Shown in pieces: positions 30,761 to 39,692 of a stretch of DNA of 64,000 nt. Made by a program: the position numbers and the translations under genes. The first letter of the stretch is position 1. Every line of letters starts with the position of its first letter. This stretch comes from a virus, in the IMG/VR virus record IMGVR_UViG_3300050821_004356, positions 47,568-111,567 of that record; one strand, 5' to 3'. The notes under the pieces are model-generated. The model made no database searches, was not told the DNA's origin, and saw nothing but the letters and a program-made list of their open reading frames with translations.

Positions 30761-31084
30761 CTAAATCTTTGGCCCTTCGATTGCAAGCAAACCTATAAAC
30801 GATAAGAACGGTGTGCTGCCTCGTGCTTGGTTGCACTGATAGCACGCGGGCAGCGTATATTGCAGTTGTGATACGCGCCAGCCTGGTGTCTTCCGCATCT
30901 CTTTGCGCTCTTGATGTGGGAATACGTGGTCAATCGTGTAGCTGTTGCCTGGTATGTATCCACGGTTTGGTGGCGTGATCTGGCAGCCTGTGCCGCAGTA
31001 ATAGCAGACTAGTCGGGGGCTCACGGCTTGTCGATCTCCTCTTGGTTGTCTTTGGATACAGTCGGGTATTCGATGTGGTTGCAC
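30761..31084 (-). CDS. HNH endonuclease
   Basis: CYYCG, TIDHVFP, ACYQCN. Confidence 0.75.
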   Translation of the reverse strand: MQPHRIPDCIQRQPRGDRQAVSPRLVCYYCGTGCQITPPNRGYIPGNSYTIDHVFPHQERKEMRKTPGWRVSQLQYTLPACYQCNQARGSTPFLSFIGLLAIEGPKI

Positions 31085-31407
31085 AATGGGCAGCGATTGT
31101 GTGGCCAGGTAGAGCTCAGGATAATTCTACATGCGTCGCCGCGCCTGCCTGTGCCAAGGCGGTGAATATAACCTTTAGACAGGAATTCGGCTAACACATC
31201 CGCGATCTCTTGCTTTGTACGCTTAGACGAGAAACGCTTATAGATTCTGGTCTCATATATGAAACCTCCAGGTGGAATCTCTTGCAGTACGCGAATCATC
31301 CGGAGACGGGCATCAGACGCTGAACGGCCGCGTACAACGCTTATCGGTGCTTCGACAGCATCTGGGATACGACCTATCGCAATTGCTTTAGTCAAATACT
31401 CGGTCAT
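31021..31407 (-). CDS. winged-HTH-like hypothetical protein
   Basis: GAGG RBS then MTEYL; GYIHRLGTGRRGD resembles the primase C-terminal GIIRQEGTGKKGD. Confidence 0.5.
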   Translation of the reverse strand: MTEYLTKAIAIGRIPDAVEAPISVVRGRSASDARLRMIRVLQEIPPGGFIYETRIYKRFSSKRTKQEIADVLAEFLSKGYIHRLGTGRRGDACRIILSSTWPHNRCPLCNHIEYPTVSKDNQEEIDKP

Positions 31408-31430
31408 AATCCTCCTCTTTAGTCGCCATA

Positions 31431-31862
31431 TTAATCGATGCAAAATCCGGCTTTGCGGACTACGTCTTTAACCATTGCCCAGTGTGAAGGGCGCTCGTAA
31501 GACGCGAAGTCATCGCTTAGTCCTTTTATGGTCACGAATATAGATTCGCCGCGAGCAAGGTCCGAGAATGAAACGGTTTGCGCTGTTAGCTTTTCGAATT
31601 TAAAGCCATAATCGGTCAGTGCCTGGGCTGCAATCTTCTTGGCTCGGTGCGTGGTTAGTGGCTCCAGTTTCAATTGATAGCCTGTTGGCGCTGCTATAGA
31701 ATCCACAACGCAGCCAGCCGTGCGCAGTCCATTAGCCTCAACATCGGCTTCGGATGGAAGGAAAGGGCCAGCGAATCGAATGCCACCAACGAAGCGATCA
31801 CGAATTTCCAGGTATATGATTCGTCCTTCTTTTACGTCTGCGGCTGTCAGTGGCCTTGCCAT
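31431..31862 (-). CDS. hypothetical protein (first gene of the left arm)
   Basis: GAGG RBS then MARPL. Confidence 0.55.
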   Translation of the reverse strand: MARPLTAADVKEGRIIYLEIRDRFVGGIRFAGPFLPSEADVEANGLRTAGCVVDSIAAPTGYQLKLEPLTTHRAKKIAAQALTDYGFKFEKLTAQTVSFSDLARGESIFVTIKGLSDDFASYERPSHWAMVKDVVRKAGFCID

Positions 31863-31882
31863 TGTGTTGTCCTCTACATCAG

Positions 31883-31911
31883 ATAGTCTCATAGAACGAA
31901 ACAGATGTCAA
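31883..31911 (-). promoter_or_regulatory. promoter of the same GANNNT -10 class
   Basis: TTGACA-17-GACTAT preceded by TGA. Confidence 0.65.
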
Positions 31912-31947
31912 GATAAATATGCAGACTTGTGGTAATATAACGGTCGC

Positions 31948-32576
31948 TTGGTGACAGCAAGTGAAAACAACTCGTTTGTTTGCAGCAACGAATCCTGTCA
32001 CCAAATAGGCCCTAGAGGGAGACAGGGTATCATGCCAAAAACGATAAAAAATAGCGAATTACTAGGCATATATAGGCTTATATATTATCTCTTCTCTTTT
32101 TCTTCGCTTCTTTGAATATGATCTACGTAAATTGTCAATGTTAGGCCTTCTCCCTCAAGGGGGTATTTGGTGACAGAATGTTGGACTGTAAGCAAAGGAC
32201 TTATTTTAAGATGCCGTCACCAATCGATAGAAGTCTGACCACAAGTCGACACAATTTATATAGACTAACTCATTTATAATCAATGAATATGTCAAATCGA
32301 TGTGAAAGTTCGATAACAACGTGGTGTCACCAATGTTGTGGGGGACAGCATAAACATCTGATAGTAAAGCAATTGTATTCTGTCACCAAGGATTTAAAAT
32401 GCTGTCACCACCAATAAACAAACGCGCGCCACGGCAGGCAGGTCAGCGATAGCGCGCAGCGCGCCGGGAACGCGAGTTATATCCTGTGTCGAATAGATGA
32501 CCTGGCAGGCAACGTATCGAGCACAGGATATCAGTCGGAGAGCTCAACGGGTGTAGCGTGTCAGCGCTCGGTGACA
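31948..32576. repeat. iteron-like TGTCACCAA repeats and a 28-bp inverted repeat (origin-like region)
   Basis: About 8 copies in both orientations; inverted repeat 31995-32022 / 32149-32176 flanks an AT-rich spacer. Confidence 0.7.
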
Positions 32577-33633
32577 TTGTGGAATGTCTGCGTTCGACGA
32601 CATGCGTAGAATATTAGCCCTAATCTACGCAAAGATAAGCAACAACTGTCGTTTAAGCGACGTGTGTAACGCAGTTTGTTCGACTCGTTTCATCTATCGT
32701 TTCAGAATAGCTCTCAAGATATTGATATGCAAAGACATATATTAATCGAGAATCATATACTATCGCACATCACGAGGTCAGGCGTTTCGATGATCATCAA
32801 AACGATATCGATTTTTAATTCATTTTCGCTATTCATTCGCCCGCTAAAGAATAACTAGTTCTCTAGCGCTATCGATTTTGGGCTAAGTCGTTTGTTTTCT
32901 AGATGGGGTGAGAGAAATGCATCGGGGTTCGGGGCATCGAGGAGCGGTCGCGCCGCGCGCATCGGTTCGGGTAGAACAATAAGCGAAGACGCTGACGCTC
33001 ATTCTAAAGGAGTTATCGTTTGGCAATCAACTTGCTCCCCCAGCAATCACGTTGCCAAAAATCGATCCCGGGGGGACTGGCGGGTCGTAGTCGCCCCCAC
33101 CGCCTTCGACGGCGGGACGGCGCTTACGTGGTTCACCACATCGGATATACCGCCGTTACGGTAACGGGCTATCTCGATGTCCGGATAAATAGCCGGATCA
33201 ATTCGCCCACCCCACGATGAGCCGAAACGACTTAGCTTATTTATTGCCGATCTTTTTGCCGATCATATGGCCGGATCAAAACTAACATAAGTGTTAAATG
33301 TCAATATATGGGCACTTAACACAAATGTTAATTCCGGACCCCGGGTAGTCCGTCGGCCGCACTCACCCCAGGCCCATTCGCTATTCGCGAATTTCGAACG
33401 TGGTTTGTAATCAACGACTTCCCCACATTACGTAACGATGCCCCTAATTCACCGATCCAAAGGAAGGGGAGCACGCTCTTGTTTCATCTGCGACAGTCCC
33501 TTCTCAGATTGGAGTGAAGATGAAAGTCTATACGGTAAACTTTACTATCGGCGACGCACACGAAGGTTTCGACACTGAGTCCCTAGGACGCGCTCGTCCG
33601 ATTGAGTCAGGGTTCGACGGCTGGGAGTAAGAA

Positions 33634-33882
33634 ATGGAATATAAGCCAACATTTACGGGCGACAACATAAACGGAGGCACTTGGTATCCGACTGCCCCGA
33701 TCCCGAATACGTATCCGGTTCCGTACGTTTACCCAACACCTGTTGTTTATCCCGCACCGTGCCCAGGTTGTGGCGCATGTCCGGTTTGCGGACGAAAGGC
33801 AGCACCGTCTCAACCAACGATAATTTGGCAGAGCACGCACAACATGCAATCAAAGGTCCAAGAGGGAATAATCGATGGCTAG
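33634..33882 (+). CDS. Pro/Tyr-rich hypothetical protein
   Basis: GGAG RBS; CxxC..CxxC. Confidence 0.5.
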   Translation: MEYKPTFTGDNINGGTWYPTAPIPNTYPVPYVYPTPVVYPAPCPGCGACPVCGRKAAPSQPTIIWQSTHNMQSKVQEGIIDG

Positions 33883-34201
33883 TACTATTACAGGAAATCT
33901 CGGCGGCGCATCCGCTAGCGGCGTTCAAATCACTTGCTACTCCCCGCAAACGGGATTAATTATGAACGCGGCCGACGCGAGCGGCAACTTTTCGTTCGCA
34001 GGTCTTCCCGCAGCAACGTACACTTTGAAAGCCCAAGACGGTTCAGGCAAGGTCAACTATTTGGTGACGCACCAAGTCATCGCAGACGGTGTGACCACTT
34101 ATTCCAATATTAATTTTCAACCTCTCGCAGTAAACGCAGGCGGAACGCCTTTGTCCGGACAGTCGATTATTCCTAATCCGAACGGAACACCTACTTTCTA
34201 A
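33875..34201 (+). CDS. prealbumin/carboxypeptidase-regulatory-like beta-sandwich protein
   Basis: ADASGNFSFAGLPAATYTL. Confidence 0.65.
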   Translation: MASTITGNLGGASASGVQITCYSPQTGLIMNAADASGNFSFAGLPAATYTLKAQDGSGKVNYLVTHQVIADGVTTYSNINFQPLAVNAGGTPLSGQSIIPNPNGTPTF

Positions 34202-34348
34202 TGTCTCCTCTAGTAGCACTAACAGCCCTTGTTCTAGCCGTATTTGCTGTATTTATTTTCATTGTTCTTACAGAATAAAAATTTTGTAGAAGTTAAAATC
34301 TAAACGAATCCCCCGGCAGCAACTAACGGTCGGGCGAAATGAGTAAGC

Positions 34349-34774
34349 ATGAAAAAATGTGAGCACGGCAAGCGTCAACACTATTGTAGAGTTTGTGGCG
34401 ACAAGTATCTCTGTGAGCACGGCAGGCTTCGTTCTCGATGTAAGCAGTGCGTCGGTTTTATAACGGTGGCAAAGGATATGCATCGTGGTGCTAAGTTCAG
34501 AGCTAAACGAGACAACCTTCCTTTTGACATTACGGTTGAAGATATTTTGAAATTAATCGGTGATGGTGTATGCCCTGTTCTTGGTATTCGATACAACATC
34601 ACATCGAGTAAGATTGTTGATGCATCCGCTAATCTAGACAAGTTTATCCCGAGCAAGGGATATACAAGAGATAACTGTACGGTGCTGTCAAGGCTAGCAA
34701 ACGGCATAAAATCAAACGCCACAGCAGAACAGATTTATAAAGTAGCAGATTGGGTAAAACAAAAATCTAAATAA
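34349..34774 (+). CDS. HNH-like endonuclease with CEHG repeats (paralog of 13904-14473)
   Basis: Shared IGDGVCPVLG and SRLAN.IKSNAT segments. Confidence 0.8.
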   Translation: MKKCEHGKRQHYCRVCGDKYLCEHGRLRSRCKQCVGFITVAKDMHRGAKFRAKRDNLPFDITVEDILKLIGDGVCPVLGIRYNITSSKIVDASANLDKFIPSKGYTRDNCTVLSRLANGIKSNATAEQIYKVADWVKQKSK

Positions 34775-34811
34775 CATCGACAGCAGTGAGTGGTCGACGA
34801 AACGAGGGTAT

Positions 34812-35123
34812 ATGGACTTTGAGGTAACAGAAGTAAAGAAGCTAGGTAGTAAAGAACAGATGCCAAGTTTAAGCATAAGGCTAGAAAACGAATCGAACGG
34901 TCGTGTTTATACTATACACGCCGTCGTTCCATACAGCATAGATTTCGGACCAGTTCAAATTGGTCAAGTGTTTAAGTTTGAACGTGTCGACGACGAGCCC
35001 GCGAACAACAACATTATTGACAACTGGAAGCCCGACAAGGCGGCACCCAAGTTAACCGAGTCAGAGCGCAGAGAGTTTTTAAAAGCTAACGGTGTCAACG
35101 TTAAGAAAGGAGAGCGTGTGTGA
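34812..35123 (+). CDS. hypothetical protein
   Basis: GAGGG RBS. Confidence 0.55.
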   Translation: MDFEVTEVKKLGSKEQMPSLSIRLENESNGRVYTIHAVVPYSIDFGPVQIGQVFKFERVDDEPANNNIIDNWKPDKAAPKLTESERREFLKANGVNVKKGERV

Positions 35124-35919
35124 GGCTCCTCCTATTCCTAGCAATCATTGTTCTCGGCTTCATCGCCATCGCAGTGTGGTGCTCTCTAACAGGAGAGCCC
35201 GATTAACCGGGGAGGTCCCCGTGGTACAAACTATCAGGCCGTTGGAAGAGAGACTTAGAACCAACGTGTACAATGTTGAAGAGTTTCGAATGATCGTCGA
35301 GAAGATGGACCAAATACAATCTCAGGTTGAACCCGGTTGGCAAATAGTTTTAAATAACATGTTCATCAAAGACGCCGATATCCTAGTGAACGGAGAACCG
35401 AACTAATGAGCAACAATATTTTCGCGTACACAGCATTGGGAAGTAACTACCCTGAGTATATATCAGTGAATACGGATGACGGGCAAAACGTCATGGTTAC
35501 CGTGCGCGGCCCAGTACAGAACGGCAACTGTGGTCAGACGGTCTGTGTCCTGTTGTCACCTGAGCAAGTCGATAAATTTATAAGCGCGCTAATGATTTTC
35601 AAGTGTCAAGAACAGTCATGAGCAAAAAGAATATCGTTAGCCAAAAAGAAGTTGACGGAGGCAAGACGCACGTCACGTTCGAAGTTTCCGACGGCAGCCA
35701 CATGACATATGAGTTCAGCAAGCGCCAGTCCGGATATTTGAAACGTGGATCAGACCCCGCAAACTTATCGGGCAAGCTGGTGAAAGAAAAGAAATAGCGG
35801 GGTGTCCCGTGAAAAAGTTCCGCCTCCAAGTAAGAGGCTCGATGTACGAGATAGCAGTGAAGCCGCTGATTAGTATCTTTGGTTGGACCTTAGCGATTCT
35901 AAAGGCCAAGAGGATTTCA

Positions 35920-36209
35920 TGAACGAAACACACAATGGTAATCTCAACAGGTCCAAGGTCCCTGCGACCGGCGTTGAAGGTTTGAAGTCCACTGGTAAGA
36001 GTAATGGAACAGAGGCGACACTTAGGAAGGGCAACCTCCCCAAGGCATCCGCAGTTACGACCGTTGACCGCGACGCTAACAAAGGCAAGGCAATCAAGGC
36101 CGCCCAGAAGCAGAACACAAGCGACGAGAAGTCCTGGCCTCACGGGCGCAATGTCATTCCACAGTCCGGAGATAACGCGGTTCTAACTCACGACCAAGGC
36201 GGCGAGTAA
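35920..36209 (+). CDS. small basic disordered protein
   Basis: GAGGA RBS; TGKSN..EATLR.G motif shared with 52638-52964. Confidence 0.55.
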
Positions 36210-36619
36210 CAAATGTGGATGGCTGTTAAACAGCGCATCATCGGTTCGCAGCAACCACCGGTGGATAATATTTTGAACATAGATACAATTGTACGCATCG
36301 GTCCAAACAGCCTTGGCTGTTACATTAAATTCCTAGACGGTTCGGAAATAAGTGTTGCCGACGGATTTCAAGAGATAGCAGCGGTACTTTTGCAGGCACA
36401 AGGAAAATGATTCATGGAGTACCACATCTCGGATCAAAACCTGACAGTTGTCCACGGCGGCCATAAACAGAAAGACCTCGGGCATCAACGGACGTACCCA
36501 ATTTTTATAGATGACGAGACGGGCGAAGAGCTAATAAGTTTAAACGGCCAGGTACTTCAAAAGCTTTCTAATTTACAATTCGATACCAGCAGACGGGAAA
36601 CCGTTAAGAGGGGATAACA

Positions 36620-36790
36620 ATGATCATCGCAATCGCAGCATTAGTAGTATCGTTCGGCGCAGGTTTTGGCGTTGGTCGCGTGAAGAACGTAAGCAAGTTG
36701 AAAGCAGTTAGCGCCGAGATCGCAAAGGTCGAAGCATCAGCTAGTGCAGAAGTTTCTAAATTAATTGCAGCCATAAAAGCCAAGTTGTAA
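36620..36790 (+). CDS. small membrane protein
   Basis: GAGGGG RBS, MIIAIAALVVSFGAGFGVG. Confidence 0.55.
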   Translation: MIIAIAALVVSFGAGFGVGRVKNVSKLKAVSAEIAKVEASASAEVSKLIAAIKAKL

Positions 36791-36798
36791 AATAAAGC

Positions 36799-36827
36799 TT
36801 GACAAGCATCCGGTACCATGCTAGGAT
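36799..36827 (+). promoter_or_regulatory. sigma70-type promoter (leaderless transcript)
   Basis: TTGACA-17-TAGGAT, with ATG 6 nt after the -10. Confidence 0.7.
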
Positions 36828-36833
36828 GCTTTT

Positions 36834-37091
36834 ATGTGGCTGACATTTAAAGAGCGGATTATCGTGCCGACAAATGTAGAGCGCCTCAAAAAGGTTCTCC
36901 CAGAGAAGACGGTCGAAGCTCTTGTCGAGGCTGCTGAAAAGGTCCAAGACAAGTTCGACGCCGATCCCAGCTTGAAAGATTTGTACCCCGGGTATAGTTC
37001 GTTGCTGAACGAGATCGCGAAGAACGTAAAGACTCCGGAAGCGGACGAAAAGAAGTTTGAAATAGTGCTTGACAAACGATCTAACCCGTAG
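36834..37091 (+). CDS. hypothetical protein
   Basis: ORF directly after the promoter. Confidence 0.55.
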   Translation: MWLTFKERIIVPTNVERLKKVLPEKTVEALVEAAEKVQDKFDADPSLKDLYPGYSSLLNEIAKNVKTPEADEKKFEIVLDKRSNP

Positions 37092-37097
37092 TACGAT
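37069..37097 (+). promoter_or_regulatory. sigma70-type promoter upstream of the RNA cluster
   Basis: TTGACA-17-TACGAT. Confidence 0.75.
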
Positions 37098-37376
37098 AGC
37101 ATCACGGTCGAGGACGATAGCAGAAAGCGACCACGCAGAAGCGACAATGCCTCGGAGGGTGGCGACCATTACCGCCAAATTTTATGATCATATACATCTG
37201 TAAAGATAAATGCAACCACATCAGTGGTATCTTTACTACCGAAGAGGTAGCAAAGAAGCATGCTGAGAAAATAGGCAATAAAGTCGAACCTTGGGTTGTG
37301 TTTGAGACAGATGATCGTTTTAGGTATACAGAAGACGGCGGGATGTATATCGTTTAAAAGTTTAGCAACAAGAGTT

Positions 37377-38086
37377 AGGCGCGGCAAGCCGAGGATGCTC
37401 GGTTTGGGAGACATCCCTTAATGTCCCGCCTTTAAGTTCAAATCGTGGGCTCCTGTCCGGAGCGGACAAACACGAGGCGGTCAGGTGGTTCACCGAACAC
37501 GTGACCCAACTGGGTTGTACTAGTGGGCTTATAGTGACGGGCTTTCTGACTTATGAAACGAACCAAAAGTTTTGAAGTAAAAGTTTGAGCAGAACAGCAT
37601 GTCAGACGGGTCGGAGAAATCTGATTACGTTATCAACGGCGTACACCTGAAATGGTGCCAGCACTCTGCTCATAAAAGTTTGTCCACGGTGAGTACTCGA
37701 TTGCGTTCAGCCGGATCGAGAATCTGCGTTAACTTCGGTTACGGGAACTCCCGACTGAGTGGGCAAAACGAGTCATGCAGGGTGAACTGAGCGCCCGATT
37801 GTGGCATACATAGTAGGGGAGAACGCCAGTATCTGTGCTCATGACGCGGCGGAATGCAACATCCGCAAAATATTATCCCTCGGGCACTGTGACCGTAAGG
37901 CACAGACGGAAGTACGATGGAGTCGCCCGATATTATTACTTGCTGCTTGCCGGTGAGACGCTAAGGCTCTGCAGGGCCAAGCTGGTGAGTTTGCTAGCCG
38001 TGTCTTTGTTATTCCGATCCTATGGTCGGTATTGCATAGAACGCCAATTACGAGAAGGCGTTCGGTTCGAAACGTTCTCGTGGTTG
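37377..38086 (+). ncRNA. array of unidentified structured RNA elements
   Basis: No credible ORF; successive closed multistem domains (e.g. TGAGCAGA/TCTGCTCA, TTGTCCAC/GTGGGCAA, GTCATG/CATGAC, TCGGGC/GCCCGA), some separated by AAAAGTTT. Confidence 0.55.
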
Positions 38087-38113
38087 AATACATTTTAGTA
38101 ACACGGGGGAAGT

Positions 38114-38479
38114 ATGAACGTAGACGTAAACTATGCACTGGCCGCACTTGTTTGCGGCTTCGCAGGCGGCGTTGATTCAGTTCTTACTTGCTACGGAATA
38201 ACGGTCGCAGGTTTTGTGGAAGCGAATCCGTTGTATAAGATTCTCCCCACGAGTGTCAGTAACTTTATTTTGAAGAGCGCGTTCGGCGTGTTCTTGTGGG
38301 GTGGCTTTCGGGTAATCGGCACCGGAGTTATGGCTAAGGTTTTAGCTGATCACGGTTTCTATACGAACACCGGTTCCTTGTTCTTTTGGATTCCGGCGGC
38401 TGGCTTGGTAGCTTTGAACGTTCGCAACGGGTTGATGATCCTAAAGGCCAAGAAAGCGGTCGCAGCGGTTAAGAAGTAA
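38114..38479 (+). CDS. membrane protein (DUF5658-like)
   Basis: D..LT.YG...G..EANPL motif, three TM segments. Confidence 0.6.
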   Translation: MNVDVNYALAALVCGFAGGVDSVLTCYGITVAGFVEANPLYKILPTSVSNFILKSAFGVFLWGGFRVIGTGVMAKVLADHGFYTNTGSLFFWIPAAGLVALNVRNGLMILKAKKAVAAVKK

Positions 38480-38489
38480 AAGTTTCGAT

Positions 38490-38565
38490 GGTGTCCGTAG
38501 TGTAGTGGCTAGCACGCGGGCCTGTGAAGCCTTAAGGTTGGTTTCGAATACCAAGGGACACCCCA
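38490..38565 (+). tRNA. tRNA-His(GUG)
   Basis: Cloverleaf, G-1/C73, encoded CCA. Confidence 0.9.
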
Positions 38566-38584
38566 TATTTTTAAAGATAAGTGC

Positions 38585-38613
38585 TTGACAAAGTTTTAAG
38601 ATCGCGATACAAT
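38585..38613 (+). promoter_or_regulatory. sigma70-type promoter for the tRNA operon
   Basis: TTGACA-17-TACAAT. Confidence 0.85.
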
Positions 38614-38625
38614 GTTTTTGTAAAT

Positions 38626-38704
38626 CGAGGAATGGGGAAGTCTGGCCGTTCCCGCTGCTTTCGGAAAGCAGAGATCGTTGATTCGAATTCAACTTCCTCG
38701 ACCA
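38626..38704 (+). tRNA. tRNA-Pro(CGG)
   Basis: Cloverleaf, CCA. Confidence 0.9.
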
Positions 38705-38706
38705 GT

Positions 38707-38780
38707 CGGGCGTTCTGATAGTGGTAGTCTCCGTGCTTTGGAAGCATGTGGCGTGTGTTCGATTCACACATGCCCGACCA
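38707..38780 (+). tRNA. tRNA-Pro(UGG)
   Basis: Cloverleaf, CCA. Confidence 0.88.
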
Positions 38781-38973
38781 TTTTATTAAGTTTGGACCCA
38801 ACATGTCTGATCATGACAGACGCTCGCGCGCTGGTAAGGGCACCGGGTCCAATTGCGATAACCTTAAAATTCTGACCGGTACGGTTTAGAAGCCGGTATC
38901 GCAACGAGCCTCGGCGTCGGCTCACTAAAATATAGACGCCAGGATTTAAGTCCAGCACGGAGAAGCTATTGTG

Positions 38974-39080
38974 TTGGCGGATCAGACGGAAATGTGGGTT
39001 CGAATCCCACGGGCTATAACAGGTGAGTCAGCCGTGTATACGGCACCTGAGCCTTTAGTGCAATGGTAGCACGCCGTCAA
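38974..39080 (+). ncRNA. circularly permuted tRNA-like RNA (YrlA/Y-RNA-like)
   Basis: T-arm GTGGG-TTCGAAT-CCCAC precedes a closed acceptor-like stem and D-arm GTGC-AATGGTA-GCAC. Confidence 0.7.
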
Positions 39081-39089
39081 ATTTTCTAT

Positions 39090-39174
39090 TCCCGAGTGGC
39101 GGAATGCATACGTAACGCGTTTAGACCGCGTCGCTCGAAAGAGATTGTGGGTCCAAGTCCCACCTCGGGAACCA
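39090..39174 (+). tRNA. tRNA-Leu(UAG)
   Basis: Class II cloverleaf, CCA. Confidence 0.88.
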
Positions 39175-39181
39175 ATTTTGT

Positions 39182-39256
39182 GGCTCTCTCGTTCAATGGA
39201 GAGGACGTTCGGTTTCTACCCGAACAATGTCGGTTCGATTCCGACGGGGGCTTCCA
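39182..39256 (+). tRNA. tRNA-Arg(UCU)
   Basis: Cloverleaf, CCA. Confidence 0.9.
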
Positions 39257-39262
39257 AGTTTT

Positions 39263-39338
39263 GGGTCTATCGTCCAAAGGGACAGGGCTCGGGTTTCCTA
39301 AACCCGCAATCACGGTTCGATCCCGTGTGGACCCTCCA
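39263..39338 (+). tRNA. tRNA-Arg(CCU)
   Basis: Cloverleaf, CCA. Confidence 0.9.
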
Positions 39339-39344
39339 GTTTAT

Positions 39345-39420
39345 GGGCTTCTCGTCTAACAGGACAAGGCTCTGGTCTTCGAAACCAGCTATCGCGATTC
39401 GAGTTCGCGGAGGCCCTCCA
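39345..39420 (+). tRNA. tRNA-Arg(UCG)
   Basis: Cloverleaf, CCA. Confidence 0.88.
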
Positions 39421-39425
39421 GCTTT

Positions 39426-39501
39426 GAACTTGTCATCTAACGGGACAAGGTGCAGCCCTGCGAAGGCTGATATCACGGTTCGAGTCCGTGCAGGTTCACC
39501 A
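39426..39501 (+). tRNA. tRNA-Arg(GCG)
   Basis: CAGCC-CTGCGAA-GGCTG anticodon arm, CCA. Confidence 0.88.
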
Positions 39502-39509
39502 TTTTTAAT

Positions 39510-39594
39510 CCGCTGCTGGCGAAACGGCAGACGCATCCGCCTCAAGAGCGGACGCCTAAACAGCGTGAAGGTTCGAATCCTTCGCGGCGGACCA
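39510..39594 (+). tRNA. tRNA-Leu(CAA)
   Basis: Class II cloverleaf, CCA. Confidence 0.9.
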
Positions 39595-39602
39595 AGTTCT
39601 GT

Positions 39603-39681
39603 GGGTGGTCCCGCGCACCGCGCGGCTCTGTGATGAAGCTAGACTAGTCACAGGATGAGTGGTGAGATTCCACGACTTCCC
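39603..39681 (+). ncRNA. tRNA-like RNA without CCA (8/4 geometry)
   Basis: GGGTGGTC/GACTTCCC closing stem, GTGG-TGAGATT-CCAC T-like arm, two further hairpins. Confidence 0.5.
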
Positions 39682-39692
39682 AGATTTTCAAT

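Noticed and set aside
31948-33340. CRISPR array
   Set aside because: Repeats are about 9 bp, in mixed orientation and irregularly spaced, with no cas operon; the 6614-7819 nuclease sits in a recombination context
38930-39080. tmRNA (one- or two-piece)
   Set aside because: No CCA end with G3:U70, no tag reading frame, and a full D-stem is present
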